A stretch of DNA of 64,000 nt from Callorhinchus milii (Eukaryota). The DNA lies in assembly GCF_018977255.1 (NCBI RefSeq), contig NW_024704743.1, positions 2,792,001 through 2,856,000 on the forward strand, in the 5' to 3' direction. Below, one piece after another: positions 52,945 to 64,000 of the stretch; position 1 is the first letter of the stretch; each line of letters starts with the position of its first letter. Position numbers and translations under genes: made by a program. The notes beneath the pieces were generated by a model. That model made no database searches. It was not told the DNA's origin and saw only the letters and a program-made list of their open reading frames with translations.

Positions 52945-53582
52945 ATGTTCTTGCTCACCGAGGCCGCCAAAACCCTCATACACGCCTTCATTACATCGAG
53001 GGTTGACTACGCAGACTCTTTGCTTGTTGGCCTCCCCAACTCCTCCATCCACAGGCTACAGATCATCCAGAACTCTGCAGCCTGTATCCTCTCCCGCACC
53101 AGGCTCCGTGACCCTATCATCCCCATTATGGCCCGACTCCACTGGCTTCCAATCATACAGAGGATACAGTTCAAGATCCTGGTCCTTACCTTCAAAACCC
53201 TCCATGTTCTTGCTTCCCCCTGACCTCTGCGATCTCCTAACCCCCACCACCCTGCTCGCTCCCTCCGCTCAGTGGGCTCCGGCTTGCTTCACGTCCCCTG
53301 CCTCGCTCACCCCATCGTTGGCGGGTGGGCCTTCTGCCACTCTGCCCCCACCCTTTGGAACACCATCCAACAGTCCCTTTGTCTCCCCCCCCCCCGCCAC
53401 CTTCAAGACCCACCTCAAGACCCTCCTCTTCGACTGTGCTTTCGATCTCCCTGCTTCCCCTCCTGCCCTCCCCCACCCCCACCTGGACCCTCATCTCGGG
53501 TCCAAAACTCTGTCTGTCCAGCGCCTTATAACTTCCTCTTGTCGTGAAAGTCTCTTTACACATGTAATTTTGTTGTTGTTGT
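52945..53582 (+). mobile_element. L2 LINE 3' fragment
   Basis: ORF 52945..53223 AAKTLIHAFITSRVDY...LHWLPIIQRIQFKIL; (GTT)n tail. Confidence 0.93.
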
Positions 53583-54544
53583 TGCATGGTTATCCTGTAG
53601 CAAATTAGCTTTGCCAGTAAGTCTTTCTTCAATATCTTGGCCTTGGATTCTTGCAGTCAAACCTTTTTAGCAAATGTGCGGTTGGGTCAGTCAGGGCGAG
53701 ACTGTGATCTCTGTGTTTTGACGTTAAACCCAGAGACTCCTAAAATGTGTGTACCTCTGACAACAACTTCGACTGGACTAAGGTTATGTAACGGGTTGAA
53801 ATCTGCAGGGAATTGTGTGTTTATTAATGTGTGTTGTTCTCATTTGGAGTTTTTTTCAGGACAAAATCATGTTTCGTAATAAAGCATCAATATTAAATAT
53901 GGGCTGAAGCGCCTTGAGACAGCCTTTGTCAACATGAAAGGCTATATATTTAATTGTATTAATCATTATTATTATTTAAATTGTATTGAATATTGAATTC
54001 CGTTTTCACCAGTTTCAAAAACAATTGTGTCACATAATTAAGCGACCGGTGTAAGCAGCAAATCTGCCCTAAACTTCACGGTAAAAATATCCTGACAAGC
54101 GATTTGAGATGTTTGGACGAAGCAATAAAGCTCGATATCAAATACAAGTTCCATCATTGATTATTATATTGATTATCTAACTAATACATTATTACAGCAA
54201 TAAAATCGCTCAACATAACCCACAGCTTAAAACTCACTCCCCAGATAGTGAGGATTCAGACTGTCAGGATGAGAAGATCCTCATCAGTGATCAAACACTG
54301 TGTACAGGGAGCGGACAGTCACAGCACAGTCTGGGTATCAATACTATTATTGATCAGAGAATTACAGAGGATCACAAACAGTGCTTTACTGAGAGAGGAC
54401 ACAGACATTGCTTATTATTATTACTATTGATCAGAGCATTTTAGGGGATCACAAATATAGAGAAGATAGAGAGAGGCCTGTGGGCACCATCACTATTATT
54501 GATCAGAGTATTTCAGGCGATCACAAACATTAAATATATATATA

Positions 54545-55227
54545 TAGGGAGAGGAGGGAGAGAGGGGGCGGGGGGGGGGGGGGGGGTGAAGGAGAGAGGG
54601 GCAGAGTGGGGGTGAGGGAGAGAGAGGCAGAGGGGGGGTGGGGGAGAGGGGCAGAGGGGGGGGTGGGGGGAGAGAGAGGCAGAGGGGAGGTGAGGGGAGA
54701 GGGGCAGAGGGGGGGGGGAGAGGGCAGAGGGGGGGGAGAGGGGCAGAGGGGGGGGAGAGGGGCAGAGGGAGGAGTGGGGGGGAGAGGGGCAGAGGGGGGG
54801 TTGGGGGGGGGAGCAGTCGGCGCAGCAGATGGTTATACAATAAGCAGTGACTGAGTGCGGGAGTCCGAGGCTTCTCAGGTGAAAGAGCAGCCGCTCCTCA
54901 CCCCAACACACAGGGGGTGGTCACCCCTCAACATCACCCCCCACACCCACACACCCACACACAGACACACACACACACAGACACACACACACACAGACAG
55001 ACAGACAGACACACACACAGAGACAGACAGACAGAGCAGATTAAATACCTCTCCTCACTCACACCCCCGATGACAGGAGCCGCGCTCCCACTCTCTCTCC
55101 TCTCCTCTTCTCTTCTCCTCCATCTCTGTCTCTCCATCTCTCTCTCTCTCCATCTCTCTCTCACTCTCTCCATCTCTCTCTCTCTCCATCTCTCTCTCTC
55201 TCTCTCCATCTCTCTCTCTCTCTCTCC
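54545..55227. repeat. Cluster of simple repeats at the start of intron 1: G-rich (GGGGGAGAGGGGCAGA)n, (CA)n/(GACA)n, (TC)n
   Basis: Blocks at ~54545-54812, ~54940-55035 and ~55090-55227. Confidence 0.92.
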
Positions 55228-55271
55228 TCCTCGAAGCCCAGACAGTAAATGACAGTAAATATAAAACTCAC

Positions 55272-55332
55272 CGAAATGGCTGTGACTCTGAGCGGCGGAG
55301 AATATCAGCAGCAACGAAACCACCAACTCCAT
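55272..55332 (-). CDS. PTPRN2: PTPRN2-like coding exon 1 (signal peptide MELVVSLLLIFSAAQSHSHF + phase-1 G)
   Basis: ATG at 55332 in good Kozak context (gtgATGG); hydrophobic signal-like peptide; consensus donor G|GTGAGT; phase 1 joins the next exon to give ...HF-GCLFE..., the expected N-terminus of the IA-2/phogrin family. Confidence 0.85.
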
Positions 55333-55346
55333 CACTGCTGCTCCAT
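55332..55346 (-). promoter_or_regulatory. Candidate uORF ATG GAG CAG CAG TGA whose stop overlaps the main ATG
   Basis: Minus strand reads gagATGGAGCAGCAGTGATGGAG; it is a uORF only if transcription starts upstream of 55346. Confidence 0.55.
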
Positions 55347-56610
55347 CTCACACTGACTGTCACACTCACTGACACACACACTGACTGTCACACTCACTGA
55401 CACACACACTGACTGTCACACTCACTGACACACACACTGACTGTCACACTCACTGACACACACACACTGACTGTCACACTCACTGACACACACACACCGA
55501 CTGTCACACTCACTGACACACACACACTGACTGTCACACTCACTGACACACACACACTGACTGTCACACTCACTGACACACACACACTGACTGTCACACT
55601 CACTGACACACACACACCGACTGTCACACTCACTGACACTCACACACCGACTGTCACACTCACTGACACACACACACTGACTGTCACACTCACTGACACA
55701 CACACTGACTGTCACACTCACTGACACACACACACCGACTGTCACACTCACTGACACTCACACACCGACTGTCACACTCACTGACACACACACACTGACT
55801 GTCACACTCACTGACACTCACACACCGACTGTCACACTCACTGACACTCACACACCGACTGTCACACTCACTGACACACACACACCGACTGTCACACTCA
55901 CTGACACACACACACCGACTGTCACACTCACTGACACACTCACACACCGACTGTCACACTCACTGACACTCACACACTGACTGTCACACTCACTGACACT
56001 CACACACTGACTGTCACACTCACTGACACACTCACTGACACACACTGACTGTCACACTCACTGACACACTCACACACTGACTGTCACACTCACTGACACA
56101 CTCACACACTGACTGTCACACTCACTGACACACTCACACACTGACTGTCACACTGACACACGGACTGTCACACTGGCACACTTACTGACACACTCACTGA
56201 TACACTGACATACTCACTGACACAATTACTGACACTCACTGCACACACTGACACACTCACTGCACACTGACACTGACGTCACACTCACTGACACACTGAC
56301 TGTCACACTCACTGACACACTCACTGCACACACTGACACACTCACTGCACACTGACACTGACTGTCACACTCAATGACACACTGACTGTCACACTCACTG
56401 ACACTGACTGTCACACTCACTGACACACTCACTGACACTGACTGTCACACTCACTGTCACACTAACCCTAACCCACTCACTGTCACTGACACACTCACTG
56501 ACACTGACTGTCACACTGACTGTCACACTCACTGACACACTGTCACACTCACTGTCACACTCACTGACACGGACTGTTACACTCACTGTCACACTCACTG
56601 ACACTCACTG
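55347..56610. repeat. ~30-bp minisatellite (CTGACTGTCACACTCACTGACACACACACA), degenerating distally
   Basis: Starts 15 nt upstream of the start codon; homogeneous to ~56150. Confidence 0.97.
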
Positions 56611-57038
56611 TCACACACACACAGCCCCTCCCCTGTCACACACACACAGCCCCTCCCCTGTCACACACACACAGCCCCTCCCCCTGTCACACACACACAG
56701 CCCCTCCCCCTGTCACACACACAGCCCCTCCCCCTGTCACACACACACAGCCCCTCCCCCTGTCACACACACAGCCCCGCCCCCTGTCACACACACACAG
56801 CCCCGCCCCCTGTCACACACACACAGCCCCGCCCCCTGTCACACACACACAGCCCCGCCCCCTGTCACACACACACAGCCCCGCCCCCTGTTACACACAC
56901 ACAGCCCCTCCCCCTGTCACACACACACAGCCCCTCCCCCTGTCACACACACAGCCCCTCCCCCGTCACACACACACAGCCCCTCTCCCTGTCACACACA
57001 CACAGCCCCTCCCCCTGTCACACACACACAGCCCCTCC
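56606..57038. repeat. 24-26-bp minisatellite (CAGCCCC[T/G]CCCCCTGTCACACACACA)
   Basis: About 17 copies; five carry the GC box CCCCGCCCC. Confidence 0.95.
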
Positions 57039-57039
57039 C

Positions 57040-57310
57040 GGCGAGGGAGGAGCGAGGGAGGGGGCGAAGTAGGAAGAAAGGGGCGAGGGATGGGGCGACG
57101 GAGGGGCGAGAAAGGAGCTGAGGGGACGAGGGAGGGGGCGAGACGGAGGGACTGCAGAATGGAGTTCCAGTGAGTGGGGGCAGAGTGGCTGAAGGCCCAC
57201 CCAGGAATAGTGGGGTGAGCGAGGCGGGGGACATGACGTAGGCAGGAGCCCGCTGGGGGGAGGGAGCGAGCAGGATGGCAGGGATTAGAAGGTCGGAGAG
57301 GTCGGAGTGA
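57040..57310 (-). mobile_element. L2 LINE 3' fragment
   Basis: GWAFSHSAPTHWNSI-type remnant in ORF 56966..57484. Confidence 0.85.
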
Positions 57311-57399
57311 GCAAGACTGTGGAATACAAAGTAAAGTAACTGGTTGGGACCCGGCCAGTCCCTGGGGGTCGGGAGCTGTCTTTTTGTGTGTCTCTGGGT

Positions 57400-58185
57400 G
57401 TTTCCTTTCTTCCCCACATTCGCGCCATGAGCGGCACTGCCTACCACCGCCTCTGCAGTCTTGCCAACTCCGCCACTGCCTCACCCCTCAGGCTGCTGAA
57501 ACCCTCACCCATGCCTTTGTCACCTCAAGGCTCGATTATGGAAACTCCCTCCTCATCGGCTTTCCCAATTCTTCCCTTCACAAACTGCAGATCATCCAAA
57601 ACTCTGCAGCTCGTGTACTCTCACGCACCAGGCTCCGCGACCCCACCACTCCCACCCTCGCCCGACTCCACTGGCTCCCCATCCCCCAGAGGATCGAGTT
57701 CAAGATCCTCGTCCTCACGTTTAAGGCCATCCATGGCCTTGCCCTCTCCTACCTCTCTGACCTGCTGACTCACTACGAATCTGCCCGCTCCCTCCGTTCA
57801 GTGGGCTCCGGCCTGCTTCATGTCTCCCGCCCGACCCACCCTACCATTGGTGGCCGGGCTTTCAACCTCTCTGCGTCCACACTCTGGAACTCCATCCCAT
57901 GGTCCCTTCACCTTGCTTCCTCCCTTGCCTCCTTCAAGGCTGGTCTCAAGATCCTTCTCTTCGCCCGTGCTTTTGGTCTCCCTCCCACCTCTCCGCCTTC
58001 CCTCACCCCTACACCCGCCGCCCCCCTTCCCTCACCCCTAGACTCCCCCTCCCCCACAACTCCCCCATACACCACCCCTCCCCCAAGCTTGGGCCCCGAC
58101 AGTTGACCGTTCAGCCCTTTGGGACTTACTCCTGACGTGAAAGGCGCTCTATAGATGTCATTTTTTAATTTGTTGTTGTTGTTGT
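57400..58185 (+). mobile_element. L2 LINE 3' fragment, relatively intact
   Basis: ORF 57384..58106 AAETLTHAFVTSRLDYGNSLL...LHWLPIPQRIEFKIL...FKAGLKILLF; (GTT)n tail. Confidence 0.95.
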
Positions 58186-58554
58186 GTATGTATTTGTGTG
58201 TCTGTGGGTGTGTTTGTCTGTGTGTGTGTCAGTATGTGTGTGTGTCGGTGTGTGTGTGTCACACTCATCACTCTCAACGAGTCACACTCACTGACACGCA
58301 CTCACTGACACATACACATCTTTTCCTATGTCATTCCTGCAAGTTTCACTTGATAGTGCAAATGCAGACAATACACACGAGAATCCTGAGAACTAGGATT
58401 GTGTCTGACACACTTGGAAGCTCATCACATGCTGAAGAAAATCCAAACCAACCTGAGAATTTCATCTCTACATGGAGTTTACCAAATACGTGCCTAATGA
58501 ATATAATAATCCTTGCATTTGGTATAGCGACTTATCACATTGTTGAGACGTCTC

Positions 58555-59030
58555 ATAGTAACATAAGAACAGGAGGAGGCCATTCAGCCCATCCATTTTA
58601 TTGGATCATGGCTGATCGGTACCTCAACTCCAAATACCCGCTTTTGCCCCGAATCCCTTGATTCCCTGACCTAATAAACATCTATCCACCTCCTGAAAAT
58701 TTGAACGGATCCAGCATCCACAGCCTTTTGGGGAGAGAGTTCCAGATTTCCACTACTCTTTGCATGAAAAAATGCTTCCTTATTTCACTCCTAAATGGCC
58801 TTGCGCTATTTTTAAGATCTCCCTGTTCTGGATTCCCCATCAGAGGAAATCATTTCCCTGTATCTACCCTATCAAATCCTTTGATCATTTTAAATACCTC
58901 CATCAGATCACAACTCAACCTTCTAAACTCAAGGAAATACAGAACAAGTTTATGCAACCTGTCCTCATAATTTAATCCTTTTAGCCCTGGTATCATTTTG
59001 GTGAATCTGCATTGCATCCCCTCCAGGGAC
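58555..59030 (-). mobile_element. CR1 LINE 3' fragment
   Basis: ORF 58850..59425 end: LEGMQCRFTKMIPGLKGLNYEDRL...RRLSCDLMEVFKMIKGFDRVD. Confidence 0.92.
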
Positions 59031-59039
59031 AATATATCT

Positions 59040-59395
59040 TTCACACAAGATATATCGTAAGTGGAGTGACTATGTATTTTTTGGGAAAATGTAACAGCCG
59101 GTTGGGCACAACAGTGTCCCACAAACAGCCATGGGGTGAGCGACCAAATTTTATTTGGTAAATTTGCTGGCCAGGAGAAACCCCCTTCTCTTTTCAAATA
59201 GTGCCATGGAATCTTTGTCGCCCACCTGAACAGGCAGAAGGGAGTTTGGTTTAATGTTCCAACAATCCAACACCCCCCAGCATTGCATTGGAGCTTCAGT
59301 TTAGACAATGTCATTCCAAGTCCCAAAGCGGGGGCTTGATCCACAACCTCCTGACTCAGAGACGAGAGAGGGAGTGACTGAGCCAGACTGACACA
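59040..59395 (-). mobile_element. Deu-domain SINE, near full length
   Basis: tRNA-like head at the high end, Deu block, shared 3' body. Confidence 0.8.
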
Positions 59396-61109
59396 TAAAA
59401 ATAAGACCTGGTAACAACAGAGCAAGTATTTAACAATAGAACGAATGGAAACTCACTATGAAGGGCAGACAATAGCCTGGCCTTGTTCATGTGGTGCCCT
59501 GATTTGGGGAGGTTGAAATTTGCCAGTGGCCGATAGTGGGTTACGCTAATTACTGAGCTGCCCACAAGGTTAGGTTGAGCTACAATTGACTCATCAGAGT
59601 TAACATTTCCTTGACCCTTTAGCTCGAGCAGATTTATTATTTATGAAAGAACCTTTTAGTTCACAGGGAGTCACTAAAAGCAGCACAAAGTTGCAAAGTA
59701 ATGCCATTCAGGTCCTTATTGTATTATTATTATAACATGGTGATGGGTTTCCGCATGTGTCAGACACCCGGCTGACCAAAAAGATGTATATATATACATA
59801 TATAGTATTAGTTCTAAATTATACAATGGCTGTCACGTTTCACCCACAAAATACATAGTCACTGCACTTCACAATAAAGCGCTTTGAGACTTATCAATGA
59901 TGTGATGAGGCTCTATATCAATTACAAGGATTATTATTATTAAAGTACTGAGTCACAAAATACACACAATTACATCACTATACAGTATATCCTGTGAACA
60001 ACTTGCATTTATATAGCCCTTCATTTGGGGCAGTGACTCCGAGCGCTTGAAGGGCATCTCGTGAAGCACTTCGACAGATCAATGGTGTGAGAAGGTGTCA
60101 TATCAAAAGCAAGGATTATATTATTAACCACTATTTTTAATGTTTTACTTCTGCTCTTTTTGTCCTATCTTTCCCTCCATACCACTTCTATTTTTACCAT
60201 TGATTTCAAGATCCACTCTCACCTACAAATCCCTAAACACATCCCTCCCCTTCTCCCCCTCAACCTCATCTGTGAGTCTCCTTCCCTTGGCTTGCTGTGT
60301 ATTCCTCATGCCCATTACCCCACCATCAGCGACCAAGCCTTCAGTCACTATGCCCCTGTTCTATGGAATTCCCTCCCTAAATCCCTCCAACTGTCTTTAA
60401 AAGCCTGAAACTGACCTTTAGTCACCAATGGTCACTTCCTTCTCCCCCACCCTCCCTCCTCTACAGTAACAACCAACAACTTGCAAATAATAAGGGCACT
60501 TCACCCAGGGTAACGTCCTGGAGAGTTGCACTGTAGTGGGCTTGGATGCTGGGCAAGGATAAAAAGGGAGGTGATCAAAGATCCAGTCGAAAAGGAAGGT
60601 ATTAAGCTGGGATTTAAAGATGAAAAGTGCTTAGTGTTTGGCAGTTGCTGTAATGAAAATTACTATATAAATGAATGCAAGTTTTCATTGTGGTTCTAGC
60701 CAACACAATAATTCGTAGAATACACCTACACAAAGCTTAAAAATATTATTAATTTGCATGTTGTTACCTTGGATCAATTTAGAGCACAAGATTCAGCCCA
60801 TCATATATATCCTGGAGCGAGCTCCTTCACTCGGTTTAGAGTCAGATCCCATGCCCTGCACTTTCTCTGTATCCTATAATAGTTTTCTTCAAATGCATAT
60901 CAAATTCCCTTGATTTAAATATTATCTCCCTCATCTTCCATTCCACATACAATCTAGACTTTATGCAATACAAAATTACATTTGTATTATAGCATCCTTC
61001 ATGTCGGGAAGACGTTTATAATGTTCAAACTTTAAATAATCTAATCGCTACCAAACGATTGAGCACATCTTCCTGCTTACCTGTTCTAAGCATTAAAAAT
61101 AGTAGTCTG

Positions 61110-61480
61110 TACATTTGATATAGCGCCTTTCGCGTCTGGAGGACTTCTCAAACCATTTCACAGGATTCAATGTGAAGTGTAGTGACTGGGTCTTTTAGGA
61201 GAACCAGCTGCCAATTTGCTCATCCTCCCATAAACACCCATGAAGTGAATGGCCAGTTTTATTTGGAGGATTGTTGGCCAGGACAAACTCCCTTTGCTTT
61301 CTGAGAAGTGTCGCGGGATCTTTAACGTCCACCTGAAAAGGCAGAAGGGATCACGGTTTAACATCTCATCTGAAGGACGGCATCTCCGATCATTGCAGTA
61401 CTGGAGAAGCTCTTGACATGGGGCTTGAACCCATTACCTTCTGACTCAAGAGTGAGTGCTACCAATTATGCCAGGCTGAC
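61110..61480 (-). mobile_element. Deu-domain SINE
   Basis: GGGATCTTTAACGTCCACCTG...CGGTTTAACATCTCATC block; head GGGCTTGAACCC...GAGTGCTACC. Confidence 0.8.
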
Positions 61481-62094
61481 AATAACTTATTCTCTTATAA
61501 GGTTCAAGAAAGCACAAAATTCAATTTAGAAATTAGAGGCTATTTAGCTTGACATCAGCAATTGTCTAAAACAAAATGATGGTTATCAGGGCGCAGTTTG
61601 TGGTAATATTAAATAAATTTGAGAGCTGTTCCGAATTTGCGAACTCACAAGACTTTTGGGAGACGACAGCCAAGTTATTAGCTGGAGATCCAGCTGCTAT
61701 TATTATTGCTCACTTTAAAATGTCTCTGGACAGGATGTTGCACACAAGACAGATAGCAAGTACGAAGGCTTGTGGAATTGGGCGGTACGGAGCAAGAATA
61801 GATCAAACTGTGCAATAGATCAAAATATAGCTTGTCAATGGAAAAGAGAAGGTAATTACAAAGGGGACAAATGATTTAAGGCGATTCATTATACTTGTGA
61901 GAATAGTGCCGTGGGGGTCAGTGTTTGGATCAATACATATTACAACTGAATGTAAACGGTTTACGCAAGCCGATCAACCACAGGATTGATAAGTGATGCA
62001 GCAGTGTAAGTATATGTTAAGAGACCTGGAGCCCACAATTGTGTTTATTTTAGTCAACCAGTGGCTGAGACATGCAGAAACTCATCACTATGCT

Positions 62095-62550
62095 CAAGGG
62101 TATCCAAACCAGATAGAGTTCCATTCCACCTACACAGGAAACTACACTTTATATGGAGCGGAATGTGTACTCTCTCCCTGAAGAGGAGCCCCCTGCTTAT
62201 CTAATTCTGGAGAGTATTAGGCGCAGGCTGGCAAGAGCTAAGACTTGGGGACCCAAGAGTGTGGGTTGAGGCAACTGCTGGGGTCTAACCAGCTAAAACT
62301 GCACCACATGCCATCGAGAGCACTGTCTGGCAAGCTTTCCTGCTGCTTGTTCAGCTAGGACTACCCAAGCTGTTAAGAGTTTTGGCTTGCAGGATTAATG
62401 GCTGAGTGGGATGATCCCCTGTCGCCAGTGACTGGTCTGCCCTTCCAGGTCCTGCTGATGAGCCAGGGTGACTGGGTTGTCATCAGCATTGCCATGGAGC
62501 ACTGTAGACCCACCTGGCTCAGAACTGGACTAGAGATCGCCACAGAGAAT
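62095..62550 (-). repeat. Copy of unclassified interspersed repeat
   Basis: Colinear with the reverse complement of 50800-51240. Confidence 0.85.
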
Positions 62551-63119
62551 TGACTTGATTCTGACATTCATCTTCAAGGATACTCCACTTACCTTCCCCT
62601 CCCTTGAGGATAGTCTTAACATTTTAGATTTCAAAACCTTCAATTCAGTTATAATTTTGAAGCTGCATTTCCTCCCAATGTGAAAGGTGCTTTTTAAATG
62701 CAGGAACTATAATCATAATAAAGAACAGAAACAGCATCAATGCTGAGTCATACACTTTTGTTATATTCAACTCAGAGGTCACACAGCTAGTGTTCCTGGG
62801 AACTCAAAAGACGTCACCTCCTTAGGAGTGAACATATTAAATACACTGTGGATAAAAATGCTAATAGGGACCAGGAGAGCACAGCTATTGGTACCGTTTG
62901 CAAATGCAATTAAGCTGTACCAGAAATATAATAGAATTAAACGCTGACCTTTCTAGCTAAAATTTACATTTTCTAACAGAACTTTTATGTTCAGAACAGT
63001 GAAGGATTTCATCTAGTTGATGAGAAAGGTTTGCATCCCTTCCTCTCCCTCCCACCCGTGTAAGCATCAACCACCCCAAGGCCTATCCATAATGTGGACT
63101 AGTTAGAGCAACAATCTAC

Positions 63120-63640
63120 TACTCTTCCCAGTTGGTCATCAGCCAAGACTTCTCTCCACCTCGGCCACAACACCCCCCTCTGCCCTCACACAAACAGCCA
63201 ACAAAACCCTTTCTTGTGCTTTTGTCACCTTCTATCCTCAACTTCTCAAATGCATTCCCCTCTAGTCTCTCCAGTTCCACCATCCATAGGGTCCAGCTCA
63301 TCCAAAATTGGCTATTCTTCTGCCACCTGTAGCCCCTCCCCCACTCACATACAAATCCCTTCACACCCAAGCACCTCCCTCTCTCTGATCTGTTCATACC
63401 CCTTCAGCTAACACAGCCCTGCTACCTCTGCACCACTGGTAACCAAGCCTTCACTCATTACTCATTATGTCTCAAATCTCTGGAACTTCTTACCTCACCT
63501 TCTATCCCTCCATCTTTAAATCTCACCTTAAAACCTACTTCCTGGTCACCCTCCCCTCCTGTTTCTTCAGCAACCAACCCCACCACTGTGATGCACTCAG
63601 AGACATTATCCTATGTGAAGGGTTCCAGACAAATACAACT
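63120..63640 (+). mobile_element. Old, decayed L2 LINE 3' fragment
   Basis: HRVQLIQN and IFKSHLKTYF remnants. Confidence 0.7.
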
Positions 63641-64000
63641 TATGGTATTTATTCTTCAGTGTGAGAGGACTGAGGCGCAGGTTAGCCAGAGCCAAGGCCT
63701 GGGGAATTGGGGTTCATTAGTCAGACAAGCTTTTCTTCCGCTGATCTCCTAGCAGCACATAACCTGTGTAAGAATTCCAAGCCAGTAGTCTTCTTGGGCC
63801 TCAGGTCACATCCCGCGTGAGTATATAACATATGATTTAATACAAGGAGAAGCAGGCTAGCTGAACTAGATGGTATTCTTTTGTCTTCATATTCTAAAGG
63901 TTTGATGATTACTACAATGGTTATTTTTGATTGATGATCATATGAAATCCAGACATTACTAAATAGATTTATTTGCATATTAAATTTAAACTTTGTTACC

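Noticed and set aside
57384..58106. 240-aa ORF as a host gene
   Set aside because: It is the C-terminal part of L2 ORF2.

Overview
Eukaryotic (vertebrate) genomic DNA. The SINE/LINE repertoire suggests a cartilaginous fish, probably a holocephalan such as elephant shark; this is inference only. The window holds the 5' end of one minus-strand gene, a PTPRN2 (phogrin/IA-2beta)-like receptor tyrosine phosphatase. Three coding exons are visible: 55272-55332, 31048-31098 and 11011-11124. They splice in frame to MELVVSLLLIFSAAQSHSHF-GCLFETDVCEAYEICVN-DAVFGRCQELPVIDVNQYEVSPADLQRLRSILHKLSLQ(G), a signal peptide plus the Cys-rich RESP18-homology region. No fourth exon was seen, so the gene probably continues past position 1. 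The rest is intron or upstream DNA packed with decayed L2 and CR1 LINEs, tRNA-derived and Deu-type SINEs, an unclassified ~600-bp repeat family and many minisatellites. Nearly all ORFs in the supplied track are repeat artefacts. Most notable observations: a 4-codon uORF whose stop overlaps the start codon (TGATG); a 5' flank made of tandem repeats; a ~200-bp inverted duplication that looks like a templated insertion; a SINE-tail hairpin whose arms share derived changes; several RFX X-box-like motifs; and minisatellites repeatedly arising inside retroposons. I found no convincing new multi-gene system. Repeat boundaries are approximate.
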